This document shows positions 19,037 to 29,781 of a stretch of DNA of 64,000 nt, piece after piece; the first letter of the stretch is position 1; every line of letters begins with the position of its first letter. The notes under the pieces were generated by a model, which was not told where the DNA came from, did no database searches, and saw nothing but the letters and a program-made list of their open reading frames with translations. Source of the stretch: Candidatus Omnitrophota bacterium (GTDB lineage: Bacteria > Omnitrophota > Gorgyraeia > Gygaellales > Profunditerraquicolaceae); NCBI GenBank assembly GCA_026387355.1, contig JAPLLW010000014.1, forward strand, positions 5,295 through 69,294. The letters are read 5' to 3'. Position numbers and translations under genes: made by a program.

Positions 19037-20240
19037 TTCAATCCCAGAGATTCTAGAAGATTTAAAAGCCGGCAAAATGGTTATCGTAGTCGATGACGAG
19101 GATCGTGAGAATGAAGGCGACCTGGTGATGTCAGCCTCTTTTGCCCGTGCAGAGCATATCAATTTTATGGCGCGATTCGGCCGCGGACTTATCTGTGTGC
19201 CGATGGAGGAGGAGCGCCTAAAGGCCTTAAATTTAGAGCCTATGTTAAGAGATAAAGTGGTTTCTAATCAGGGAGATCCTTTTGCAACTGCCTGGATGAT
19301 CTCTGTTGATGCTGCCAAGGGAGTTACTACCGGGATATCTGCGCAGGATCGTTCAAGGGCGATAGAGGTTCTGATTAACCCGCAATCAAGGCCCGAAGAT
19401 TTAATCCGGCCGGGGCATACATTTCCTTTAAGGGGTAGGCGCGGGGGGGTACTTGTGCGCGCAGGCCATACCGAGGCCGCAATAGATCTGATGCATTTAA
19501 GCAATCTTTATCCTGCCGGGGTAATCTGCGAAATAATGAATGATGACGGCTCAATGTCCAGGCTCCCGCAGCTATTGGAATTTTCTAAGCAGCATAAGCT
19601 AAAGATCTGTTCAATAACTAATCTCATTGAATATCGCAGGCGATTTGAGAAATTAGTTGAACGGGTTACTGAGACAGTCCTGCCTACGCAATTCGGCGTC
19701 TATAAACTCATTGTTTACCGCGACCTGACTAATAGTAAGACGCATATTGCGCTGACACTCGGTGATTGGGAGAGTGACCCGGTACTTGTGCGCGTACATT
19801 CAGAATGTTTAACCGGAGATGTTTTCGGATCTTTGCGTTGTGATTGCGGACGTCAGCTGAATAAGGCTATGCAGATTATCGGAGAAGCAGGTAAGGGAGT
19901 TATCCTCTATATGAATCAGGAGGGCCGGGGCATAGGCCTTGTGGATAAGATTCGCGCTTATAATTTGCAGGATAAAGGAATGGATACGGTTGAGGCAAAT
20001 GAGGCCTTGGGGCATAAGGCGGATTTAAGGGATTATGGGATCGGCGCTCAGATGCTCGTTGATCTAGGTATCAAGAATTTAAGGCTACTTACCAATAACC
20101 CGCGTAAGATTATCGGCCTCGAGGGTTACGGCCTGCATGTTATGGAGAGGGTCAGCCTTGAAGTTGAGCCGAATCCGTCAAATTACAAATATCTTAAGAC
20201 CAAGAAGGATAAGCTTGGCCACAATTTAAATATAGATTAA
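19029..20240 (+). CDS. ribBA: bifunctional 3,4-dihydroxy-2-butanone-4-phosphate synthase / GTP cyclohydrolase II
   Basis: DHBP synthase motifs ([21 protein letters not shown]) then GCH-II zinc motif ([15 protein letters not shown]); start placed at Met 19029 (track start 19005). Confidence 0.9.
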   Translation: MLNSIPEILEDLKAGKMVIVVDDEDRENEGDLVMSASFARAEHINFMARFGRGLICVPMEEERLKALNLEPMLRDKVVSNQGDPFATAWMISVDAAKGVTTGISAQDRSRAIEVLINPQSRPEDLIRPGHTFPLRGRRGGVLVRAGHTEAAIDLMHLSNLYPAGVICEIMNDDGSMSRLPQLLEFSKQHKLKICSITNLIEYRRRFEKLVERVTETVLPTQFGVYKLIVYRDLTNSKTHIALTLGDWESDPVLVRVHSECLTGDVFGSLRCDCGRQLNKAMQIIGEAGKGVILYMNQEGRGIGLVDKIRAYNLQDKGMDTVEANEALGHKADLRDYGIGAQMLVDLGIKNLRLLTNNPRKIIGLEGYGLHVMERVSLEVEPNPSNYKYLKTKKDKLGHNLNID

Positions 20241-20258
20241 CTTACAAAGGGAGGAAAG

Positions 20259-20726
20259 ATGACAAAAGTAATTGAAGGCGATTTGATTGCAAAGGGAAAG
20301 AAGTTTGCGATTCTGGCGTCACGCTTTAATGATTTTATGACTAAAGAATTGGTTTCAGGTTGCGTGGATACATTAGTCAGGCATGGCTGTTCGGATCAGG
20401 ATTTAGTGATTACCTGGGTACCCGGGGCATTTGAGATTCCCCTGGTTGCCGCAAAGTTAGCTAAGACCAAAGATTATGATGCAGTAATTTGCTTAGGGAC
20501 AGTGATCCGCGGCTCAACTCCGCATTTTGATTTTATTGCTTCGGAAGTAAGTAAAGGTATTGCCAAGGTCTCTCAAGATACGGGCTTACCGGTTATCTTC
20601 GGTGTAATAACCGCTGATACCATTGAGCAGGCAGTAGAGAGATCAGGGACTAAAGATGGCAATAAGGGCCGCGACGCTGCTTTATCAGCAATTGAGATGG
20701 TAAATCTTTTAGGGAAGATTAAATAA
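20259..20726 (+). CDS. ribH: 6,7-dimethyl-8-ribityllumazine synthase
   Basis: 155 aa; [14 protein letters not shown] ... WVPGAFEIP ... [13 protein letters not shown] are lumazine synthase signatures. Confidence 0.9.
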   Translation: MTKVIEGDLIAKGKKFAILASRFNDFMTKELVSGCVDTLVRHGCSDQDLVITWVPGAFEIPLVAAKLAKTKDYDAVICLGTVIRGSTPHFDFIASEVSKGIAKVSQDTGLPVIFGVITADTIEQAVERSGTKDGNKGRDAALSAIEMVNLLGKIK

Positions 20727-21142
20727 TGCGTAAACGTACGCTTGCCCGCGAATATGCGCTCCAGGTGCTTTATCAGGTGGATATTACCAATGACCCTCCT
20801 GATGAGGCCCTGGATAACTTTTGGTCCAACCATAAAGATGAAGAGGTTGAAGCAGAGTTAAAAGAATTCTCCTATAAATTGGTAAATGGAGTTATTGCAA
20901 ATTTAGAGGATATTGACAAGAAGATTGCGCAGTATGCGACAAACTGGCAGCTTAAGCGCATGGCATTTGTGGATAGAAATATAATGCGCATGGGTTGTTT
21001 TGAGCTGATACACTGTGATGATATCCCGCCTAAAGTTTCAATCAATGAAGCCGTAGAACTGGCTAAGAAATTCTCTGGCCTTGAATCCGGGAAGTTTGTC
21101 AACGCTATATTGGATAAAGTCAAGCTTGAGAAAGAAAAATGA
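20726..21142 (+). CDS. nusB: transcription antitermination factor NusB
   Basis: 138 aa; AREYALQVLYQVD N-terminus and all-alpha NusB fold pattern; ribH-nusB adjacency is common. Confidence 0.85.
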   Translation: MRKRTLAREYALQVLYQVDITNDPPDEALDNFWSNHKDEEVEAELKEFSYKLVNGVIANLEDIDKKIAQYATNWQLKRMAFVDRNIMRMGCFELIHCDDIPPKVSINEAVELAKKFSGLESGKFVNAILDKVKLEKEK

Positions 21143-21960
21143 GATTTGCCGACCTGCACCTTCACACCCACTTTTCTGACGGTACGTTTACTCCCGAAGA
21201 GTTAGTGGAAAGCGCCATCCGCGCGAAACTTTCATGTATTTGCGTAACCGATCATGATACCGTAGCCGGTATTAACCCTACGATAGTCGCATCCGCAGAG
21301 AGTGATATCGAGGTTTTATCAGGTATTGAGCTAAGCGCAGAATATGAAGGTAAAGAAATCCACATTTTAGGGTATCTCATCGACCAGGATGATCCGAAGC
21401 TGCTAACTGAGCTGGAAGTATTAAGGGCGCGCAGAATTAACCGGGTATATAAGATGGTTGAAAAGTTAAATGCCTTAGGATTAGGTTTAGCTTCGCAAAG
21501 CGTATTTGATTTAGCCGGGAACGCTACGGTAGGCAGGCTGCACATTGCGCGTTCTTTAGTCAAAGAAGGATTCGTTAGTTCGATTTACGAGGTCTTTCAG
21601 AAATATCTCGGTGATAACGGTCCGGCTTATGTTCTAGGTTTTCGTTTCAGTCCTAAAGATGCGATTAAATTTATTAAGAGTTTCGGTGGTGTCCCGGTTT
21701 TAGCGCATCCTTATATACTCGAGAGCGATGAACTTATCTCTGAATTTGCGAAGTGCGGGCTTATGGGTTTAGAGGTTTATTATCCCGAGCACTCGCAGGG
21801 AATGACAAATTTCTATTTAGATATAGCTAAGAAAAATAATTTATTGGTTACCGGCGGTTCAGATTGCCACGGAAAGGCCAAGCCGCAAGTGCGCATAGGA
21901 AGCATAAAGATTCCTTATGATTTAGTGGATAAATTAAAAGAGGCAAAAGAAAACTTATGA
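21139..21960 (+). CDS. PHP-domain metal-dependent phosphoesterase embedded in the rib operon
   Basis: 273 aa; MRFADLHLHTHFSDG ... TDHD ... AHP ... GGSDCHG are PHP (polymerase/histidinol phosphatase) metal-ligand motifs. Confidence 0.75.
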   Translation: MRFADLHLHTHFSDGTFTPEELVESAIRAKLSCICVTDHDTVAGINPTIVASAESDIEVLSGIELSAEYEGKEIHILGYLIDQDDPKLLTELEVLRARRINRVYKMVEKLNALGLGLASQSVFDLAGNATVGRLHIARSLVKEGFVSSIYEVFQKYLGDNGPAYVLGFRFSPKDAIKFIKSFGGVPVLAHPYILESDELISEFAKCGLMGLEVYYPEHSQGMTNFYLDIAKKNNLLVTGGSDCHGKAKPQVRIGSIKIPYDLVDKLKEAKENL

Positions 21961-23048
21961 GAAGAAACCACGAATACTACATGAATTTGGCGATTAAGCT
22001 GGCTTTAAAAGCCAAAGGCAGGACTTCTCCTAATCCCCTAGTTGGCGCCCTGGTCGTCAAAAAAAATAAGATTATAGGTAAGGGTTTCCACAGTAAGGCC
22101 GGGCTTGCCCATGCTGAGGTTGTTGCTTTGGATGAAGCCGGAGATAAGGCAGAAGGCGCTACCCTTTATGTCACCTTAGAGCCTTGTTGTCATTTCGGCC
22201 GTACTCCGCCTTGCGTGGCCAGAGTGATTAAGAGTGGGGTCAAAGAGGTTATTGTAGGGATGATCGATCCCAACCCTTTAAATAACGGCAAAGGCATTGA
22301 GATATTAAAGCAGAATAAGATTTTAGTTAAAGTAGGGGTCCTTGAAGATAAATTAAAGCGCATTAACGAACACTTTATAAAATATATAACTAAGCGTATG
22401 CCTTTTGTAATGGTAAAGGTAGCGCAATCTCTGGATGGCCGTATCGCTACTAAGACCGGAGATTCAAAATGGATAACTTCTGATAAATCCCGTAGCTTTG
22501 CGCACCGGCTGCGCGCTGATTTTGACGCAATAGCCGTGGGGGTAAATACTGTTTTAAGGGATAATCCGAAACTCGATGCCTGGTTCTCTAAAAAACACCC
22601 GATTAAGGTCATCGTTGATAGTCAGTTAAGTACGCCCGAGAAGTCGAATATATTTTCTACTTCTGCGCCGGTGGTTATCGCAACTTTAGCAGCCAGTCTT
22701 GGCCAGGAGACGGAGAATAGAGAGATCCTTGCTAAAAAAGCCAAGATAATTGAGGTTAAAGAAAAGGCAGGACAGATTAACTTAAAAGACATGCTTAAGA
22801 AATTAGCGGCTATGGGGATTACCAGTATACTGGTCGAAGGCGGAGGGACTTTGATCGGTTCGCTGTTTGACGAAGGTCTGGTAGATAAAATAATGTTTTT
22901 TATCAGTCCTAAGATTATCGGTGGCAAAGATGCGATCAGCTCGGTTATGGGAGGGGGAGTTGTGCGCGTTGAGCGAGCCCTTAAATTGAAGGATCTGACT
23001 TTGAAGCGAATGGGTGAGGATATGTTAATTGAGGGATATATCAAATAA
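21957..23048 (+). CDS. ribD: bifunctional diaminohydroxyphosphoribosylaminopyrimidine deaminase / 5-amino-6-(5-phosphoribosylamino)uracil reductase
   Basis: 363 aa; CDA zinc motif HAEVVAL...LEPCCHFGRTPPC and C-terminal RibD reductase domain. Confidence 0.9.
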   Translation: MRRNHEYYMNLAIKLALKAKGRTSPNPLVGALVVKKNKIIGKGFHSKAGLAHAEVVALDEAGDKAEGATLYVTLEPCCHFGRTPPCVARVIKSGVKEVIVGMIDPNPLNNGKGIEILKQNKILVKVGVLEDKLKRINEHFIKYITKRMPFVMVKVAQSLDGRIATKTGDSKWITSDKSRSFAHRLRADFDAIAVGVNTVLRDNPKLDAWFSKKHPIKVIVDSQLSTPEKSNIFSTSAPVVIATLAASLGQETENREILAKKAKIIEVKEKAGQINLKDMLKKLAAMGITSILVEGGGTLIGSLFDEGLVDKIMFFISPKIIGGKDAISSVMGGGVVRVERALKLKDLTLKRMGEDMLIEGYIK

Positions 23049-23621
23049 ATGTTTACCGGTATTGTCGAAGAATTAGGTAAGGTTAAAAAGGTATCCCACC
23101 GGGGTAAAATAACCCTTATCGAGATTGCCGCAGAAAAAACCATAAGCGACACAAAGATCGGAGATAGTATTTCTGTCAATGGCTGTTGCCTGACAGTAGT
23201 AGCGGTAGGTAAAGATTCATTTTCTTTTGAGGTTATACCGGAAACTTTGAGACTGACTAATCTTGGTAGCGTAAAATTGAGCGATAAGGTCAATCTTGAG
23301 CGTAGCTTAAGGATGGGGGATAGAATATCCGGGCATTTTGTCCTTGGGCATATTGATTGTCAGGGGATTATCCGTAAGAAGAATTATCTGGATGGTAACT
23401 TAAATTTTGAGATAGCAGTTCCTGCTAGTTTTATGAAGTATTGTTTACCTAAAGGCTCAGTTGCGCTTGATGGTATAAGCCTGACGCTTGTAGGAAAGAA
23501 ATCGAATACCTTTAATGTTTATGTGATTCCGCATACCCTAAAGAACACTACTTTAAGTTCTATGGGTCCGTCCGATAAAGTAAATATAGAGTTTGATCTA
23601 CTCGCCAAAAAAGCACAGTAG
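23049..23621 (+). CDS. ribE: riboflavin synthase alpha subunit
   Basis: 190 aa; MFTGIVEELG start and duplicated lumazine-binding repeats (NGCCLTV / DGISLTL). Confidence 0.9.
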   Translation: MFTGIVEELGKVKKVSHRGKITLIEIAAEKTISDTKIGDSISVNGCCLTVVAVGKDSFSFEVIPETLRLTNLGSVKLSDKVNLERSLRMGDRISGHFVLGHIDCQGIIRKKNYLDGNLNFEIAVPASFMKYCLPKGSVALDGISLTLVGKKSNTFNVYVIPHTLKNTTLSSMGPSDKVNIEFDLLAKKAQ

Positions 23622-23679
23622 AGTTATGTCAACTTTATTGCATACCTAAATATTTTCTGTTATACTGATTCCAATAATA

Positions 23680-23707
23680 CGGGGCGTGGCTCAGCTTGGT
23701 TAGAGCG
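23680..23707 (+). other. tRNA-like 5' fragment: 28 nt nearly identical (1 mismatch) to the 5' end of the downstream tRNA-Pro
   Basis: CGGGGCGTGGCTCAGCTTGGTTAGAGCG vs tRNA-Pro CGGGGCGTGGCTCAGCTTGGCTAGAGCG; the sequence beyond does not fold as an anticodon or T arm. Confidence 0.6.
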
Positions 23708-23836
23708 TCCGCCTGCGCTCTTTAATAGAGGACTTAAATGATTTGACGAGCTTCGGCGAACAGCTCTCCGAAGCCCATCAGAGGATTTTAGCTTTCGATT
23801 AAAGGGCGAAGGATAATTGAAAACTATTTGTTATTT

Positions 23837-23911
23837 CGGGGCGTGGCTCAGCTTGGCTAGAGCGCAGCGTTCGGGACGCTGAGGTCGACAGTTCAAATCT
23901 GTCCGCCCCGA
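23837..23911 (+). tRNA. tRNA-Pro (anticodon CGG)
   Basis: Manual fold: acceptor CGGGGCG/CGCCCCG, D arm GCTC-AGCTTGGCTA-GAGC, anticodon arm CAGCG-TTCGGGA-CGCTG (CGG), T arm GACAG-TTCAAAT-CTGTC, discriminator A; CCA not encoded. Confidence 0.85.
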
Positions 23912-24032
23912 CTTTTTTATTGGGGACAGTTTTCTCCTACGCCCTTTGATAGAGTAAATAAAATATTTGGCGGGCTTCGGAGAATCCACCGTAGCGCATC
24001 AAAGCTAACAGCAAAGTCTATTATGGCGCGAA

Positions 24033-24058
24033 GGTGGACAAATCTGTCCGCCCCGACC
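24033..24058 (+). other. tRNA-like 3' fragment: degenerate copy of the tRNA-Pro T-arm/acceptor 3' end followed by CCA
   Basis: GACAAATCTGTCCGCCCCGACCA vs tRNA-Pro GACAGTTCAAATCTGTCCGCCCCGAC (T-loop internally deleted). Confidence 0.55.
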
Positions 24059-24223
24059 AATTTTGCCTTTTATAATTCGTTCTCTTTATTAAGGATGTAT
24101 CTCCACTTGTTTTGTAGTATGATATACATTAACCACAAAGGGGTGGTAATGAGGTTTAAGTAGTCAAATCTAAGGCAACTCTATATAAACAGAAGAGTTG
24201 CCTTTATATTTAATGAAGGATAA

Positions 24224-24430
24224 ATGGAGTGTCTGAATAAAGAGAAAAACGATTTGGCGTGTAATTGCAGCTATCCCGGATGTCCGAGGCATGGAGTATG
24301 CTGTGAATGCCTTGTTTATCATCGGTCAAACAATGAATTACCGGCATGCTATTTTGATAAGAAATCCGAGCGGGCCTATAACAGGTCAATTGGAAATTTC
24401 ATAAGGATAAAAAGCGGGGAGGAGAAATGA
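24224..24430 (+). CDS. small cysteine-rich protein (68 aa; C-x-C...C...C-C-x-C cluster)
   Basis: LACNCSYPGCPRHGVCCECLVYHR metal-binding-like cluster; RBS GAAGGA upstream; GC content slightly above the local background. Confidence 0.55.
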   Translation: MECLNKEKNDLACNCSYPGCPRHGVCCECLVYHRSNNELPACYFDKKSERAYNRSIGNFIRIKSGEEK

Positions 24431-24684
24431 AAAAATTAGCAATCCTAATAGTTACACCACTAGTACTCTTGATACTTACAGGATGCACCACAAGAGCGCA
24501 GGTTGTAGAAGATGTGTGGCTTGATGGCAAGGGAAACTTGGTTGTTCAATATGCCACTATATCTCATAGCGATTTTCTAATCCATCCTGCAGGTAAGATT
24601 AAAGAAGGCAAATCAACAACTAAAACCTTTTATGTAGGCCAATGCCAAGAAAATACAGATAAGTCAAATAAAGAGAAAAAATGA
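24427..24684 (+). CDS. small lipoprotein (85 aa), unknown function
   Basis: Signal peptide with lipobox LTG-C; overlaps neighbours by 4 nt on both sides. Confidence 0.55.
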   Translation: MKKLAILIVTPLVLLILTGCTTRAQVVEDVWLDGKGNLVVQYATISHSDFLIHPAGKIKEGKSTTKTFYVGQCQENTDKSNKEKK

Positions 24685-25031
24685 AAAAGATAATTGTTTT
24701 ATTAGTTTTAATGGCATTGATTAGCGGTTGTGCTACGACCTCTAGCTCCAAGCAGGAAGGTGGTGTTTATGGAGCAATCCCGCCAGGTAGCAAGTTCGCA
24801 AAGATATTAATCGGGATGCCCATGAATCAAGTATTTGACCTAATCGGATCACCTAGCGACATGAAAGCCTACCCAACGGGTAAAGCATTCGCGCCGTTCT
24901 ACTTCGGCAGTGATGCAGCGCGAAGCGAGGCTCTGTACAAGGGTGAGGGCCGAATTACGTTCACAGGAGTGGGTTTTCTCAAGGTATACCGTATTGTTTA
25001 TGATCCAAAAGAGTCCGGACACTACAGATAA
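24681..25031 (+). CDS. bamE: BamE/SmpA_OmlA-like outer-membrane lipoprotein
   Basis: 116 aa; lipobox ISG-C; core ILIGMPMNQVFDLIGSP resembles the BamE motif (G-M-T-x-x-Q-V-x-x-L-L-G-x-P); composition more GC-rich and C-ending-codon-rich than flanking genes. Confidence 0.5.
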   Translation: MKKIIVLLVLMALISGCATTSSSKQEGGVYGAIPPGSKFAKILIGMPMNQVFDLIGSPSDMKAYPTGKAFAPFYFGSDAARSEALYKGEGRITFTGVGFLKVYRIVYDPKESGHYR

Positions 25032-25408
25032 GATCCGGTCGAACTGCCACATTTCCATTTTGATTTTATTTCAAAATCCGGTATAAGCTTACACCCGCTA
25101 AGATCAATGAAACCTTAATTCCTATACAGACACTTTTACAATCAACTAAAAAATAAAGCGAGCTATAAATAATTAAGGTTGCGTTTAGAGTAACGGTATA
25201 ATAGGGGACCTTAGTTGCTAGTATATCGGATAACTTCCCCAGCAGTATTTTCTATTTACCTGATAAGTCTCTCCTATTGTTCCTCAACCCCTGCCGGATG
25301 TTTTTATTCTTTTGCTTTCTGAAGGATTCTTTTATATAATATAATCGTTAGTGTAAATCAGTTGCAGACGGGCTGCTCCGGAAGATTCAACACAACCTAA
25401 TAATAAAA

Positions 25409-25681
25409 ATGAAGCAACAGGTGCATGTTTATTATTCGGGACGCGTACAGGGGATAGGTTTTCGTTTTACTGCACAGCGCCTTGCTAAAGAATTAGGTAT
25501 AACCGGCTGGGTCAGGAATCTTGCTGATGAGAGAGTAGAGTTGGTTGCCGAGGCTAATCTGGAGACCCTGAAGGCTTTTCTTTCCAGGATCAACGATATT
25601 TTTGACCGTCACTTTACGGATACGCAGGTAAATTGGTCTCCCGCCACAGGTAAATTTAAAGACTTCGGGATTGAATTCTAA
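25409..25681 (+). CDS. acyP: acylphosphatase
   Basis: 90 aa; [19 protein letters not shown] ... GWVRN are acylphosphatase signatures. Confidence 0.85.
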   Translation: MKQQVHVYYSGRVQGIGFRFTAQRLAKELGITGWVRNLADERVELVAEANLETLKAFLSRINDIFDRHFTDTQVNWSPATGKFKDFGIEF

Positions 25682-27679
<1,998 letters not shown>

Positions 27680-27705
27680 GGTTGTTAAAAAGGAGATGAT
27701 TAAAA

Positions 27706-28197
27706 ATGATGCGTAAAGGAGTAACATTTATTCTCGCTGTATTTATAGTCCTTAATCTAGTTGGGTGCGAGGCATTTGTGCGTAAGTTTACTCGAAAATC
27801 CAAGAAAGATAAGGCTCCTGAGGAGATGGTCTTAGCCCCTGAAGAATGGAAGGGCCCGCAGATGACCCATGAAGAACTCTACAGGCAGTATCTTCTTTAC
27901 TGGCAGTCCTGGCAGGATGAGCTTATCAACACTTTAGGAGAGAGCAATTCTTATAAAAAGAGAAACGATTGCATTCTGCAGGCGATCAAGAATCTGACAA
28001 GTATGAAGGCACTCTTGAACGAGACGCAACAAAAACAGCTTGGTGTTTATTTGAAGCAGATGATTGAACTTCAGGACGAGATTAAGGCGGATGTTTATGG
28101 ATCGGTGAATAATTATTATCGTAGAGATGCCGAGAAGATAAGAAGGAATATTCTACAGAGATTTTCTTATAACCATATAAAAAACGACCTCCTATGA
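27706..28197 (+). CDS. hypothetical lipoprotein (163 aa, all-alpha)
   Basis: Signal peptide + lipobox LVG-C; no recognisable family. Confidence 0.5.
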   Translation: MMRKGVTFILAVFIVLNLVGCEAFVRKFTRKSKKDKAPEEMVLAPEEWKGPQMTHEELYRQYLLYWQSWQDELINTLGESNSYKKRNDCILQAIKNLTSMKALLNETQQKQLGVYLKQMIELQDEIKADVYGSVNNYYRRDAEKIRRNILQRFSYNHIKNDLL

Positions 28198-28811
28198 TAT
28201 TAGAGACTATTTTAGTAGGGCCGATGGGTGTTAATTGCTATATCCTGGCAGCTGCCCGGGATTCAAAGGCGATAATTATTGATCCGGGTGATAGCGAGCG
28301 TAAGATTCGTCAGGTTTTAGATAAGTATAAATTGACCCCTGTTTTTATTATTAATACGCACGGTCATTACGATCATATCGGAGCGAATGATAAATTCGGC
28401 TTGCCGGTTTATGTACATAAGGCAGACCTTGCGATGTTAAAAGACCCAATGCTTAATTTGTCGGGTTTATTCGCTAGTCCCTATGAAGTAAAAAGCGAAA
28501 TCAAAATTTTAGAGGATAATCAAATTATTGAATTAGATGGTATACGACTTCAGGTATTACATGTCCCGGGGCATACTCCGGGAGGAATTGCCCTCTTATT
28601 GCTTGAGCCAAAAGACAAAAAAATAGTTTTCACCGGAGATACATTGTTTTGTCAAGGGGTAGGTAGATCGGATTTAATTGGAGGAGATGAGGATTTGTTA
28701 AGGTTGTCAATAAGGGATAGGTTGTTTACTCTGTCGGATGGAACTATAATTTGTCCCGGCCATGGCGAGCTTTCTACAATAGGAGAAGAGAAGGCTAACG
28801 GTGTAATATGA
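28194..28811 (+). CDS. MBL-fold metallo-hydrolase (glyoxalase II-like)
   Basis: 205 aa; HxHxDH motif (NTHGHYDHIG), downstream H (HVPGHTPG) and D ligands. Confidence 0.8.
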   Translation: MILETILVGPMGVNCYILAAARDSKAIIIDPGDSERKIRQVLDKYKLTPVFIINTHGHYDHIGANDKFGLPVYVHKADLAMLKDPMLNLSGLFASPYEVKSEIKILEDNQIIELDGIRLQVLHVPGHTPGGIALLLLEPKDKKIVFTGDTLFCQGVGRSDLIGGDEDLLRLSIRDRLFTLSDGTIICPGHGELSTIGEEKANGVI

Positions 28812-28886
28812 CCCCGCACCTTCTTTATATTTAATTATATAGAGGTGTAGGGTCTAGAAGAGATGAATAAAGGAGAAGGTGCGGGG
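28812..28886. promoter_or_regulatory. perfect 13-bp inverted repeat (CCCCGCACCTTCT ... AGAAGGTGCGGGG) with an AT-rich palindromic ~49-nt spacer; the right arm overlaps the xerD RBS/start
   Basis: Read directly: arms at 28812-28824 and 28874-28886; the spacer contains TATATTTAATTATATA. Confidence 0.5.
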
Positions 28887-29773
28887 TGAAAGAATTAATT
28901 GATACTTTCCTAAGTTATCTTTCGGTTGAACGTGGGCTCTCCAATAATACGATTACCTCCTATCGCGAAGACCTGCGAACGTATCTTAATTTTATCGAAA
29001 AGAGCAATATTGATGCTTTATCTAAGATATCCAAGAATAATATCACAAGTTTCATGCTCGCGCAAAAAGATAGGGGTATCGGAGCAAGTTCAATCGCCCG
29101 AAGGCTGGCGGCAATCAGGATGTTCCATAGGTTTCTTGCGCGGGAGAGAATTATTAAGAATGATCCCAGCATTCTTATTGATACTCCTAAGTTATGGAAG
29201 AGAGTTCCTGAGACGCTTACTTTAAATGAGATAGAGCTGTTGATCGCTCAACCGGATGTGCGTAAGACTCAAGGGATAAGAGATAGAGCTATTTTAGAGA
29301 CGCTTTATGCTACAGGGATGCGTGTATCCGAAGCGGTTAATTTAAAGACGGATTTTGTAAATCTGGATATTGGGTTCTTGCGCTGCATCGGTAAAGGAAA
29401 TAAAGAACGGGTAATACCTTTAGGCAAGAAGGCAATCGCCAGCATAAACAGGTATATAGAGTTAAGTCGACCGAAACTTCTAAAAAATAAAGAATCAGAG
29501 TTTTTATTTTTAAGTCGTTTTGGGAAAAAGATATCCCGGCAATCACTTTGGAAGATGATTAAGAAATGCGCCAAGGAGGCCCGGATTAAGAAATCGATAA
29601 AACCGCATATAATGCGTCATTCATTTGCCACCCATCTTCTTGAACATGGGGCCGATCTGCGTTCCGTGCAGGAGATGCTAGGACATGCGAATATCTCTAC
29701 TACCCAGATTTATACGCATATAAATAAAGATAGATTAAAAAGTATACATAAACAGTTTCATCCTAGGCCTTAA
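28886..29773 (+). CDS. xerD: site-specific tyrosine recombinase XerD/XerC family
   Basis: 295 aa; N-terminal SAM-like core-binding domain; catalytic R...HxxR...Y (RHSFATHLLEHGADLRSVQEMLGHANISTTQIYTHI). Confidence 0.85.
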   Translation: MKELIDTFLSYLSVERGLSNNTITSYREDLRTYLNFIEKSNIDALSKISKNNITSFMLAQKDRGIGASSIARRLAAIRMFHRFLARERIIKNDPSILIDTPKLWKRVPETLTLNEIELLIAQPDVRKTQGIRDRAILETLYATGMRVSEAVNLKTDFVNLDIGFLRCIGKGNKERVIPLGKKAIASINRYIELSRPKLLKNKESEFLFLSRFGKKISRQSLWKMIKKCAKEARIKKSIKPHIMRHSFATHLLEHGADLRSVQEMLGHANISTTQIYTHINKDRLKSIHKQFHPRP

Positions 29774-29781
29774 AAAAAGGA

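Noticed and set aside
23700-23836. Group I intron inside a tRNA (cyanobacterial tRNA-Leu-style)
   Set aside because: The intervening sequence is too short and lacks P/Q/R/S core elements. The flanking halves do not reconstitute an anticodon stem.
23680-24058. tmRNA (ssrA) hypothesis for the region bounded by a tRNA-like 5' end and a T-arm/CCA-bearing 3' end
   Set aside because: A complete, independently folding tRNA-Pro sits in the middle. Both end pieces are near-verbatim copies of that tRNA rather than Ala-tRNA-like. No tag-peptide reading frame ending in ..AA-stop is visible.
25340-25400. Possible SRP (4.5S) RNA based on GCTGCTCCGGAAG resembling the domain IV GGAAGCAGCC motif
   Set aside because: The match is only a short partial motif. 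The surrounding sequence does not form the conserved helix 8 symmetric and asymmetric loops.
28926-29225. 99-aa plus-strand ORF overlapping xerD in another frame; also 17211-17450, 17583-17780, 33613-33795 and 43901-44128
   Set aside because: Alternative-frame ORFs inside or across confidently assigned genes. No conservation signal.
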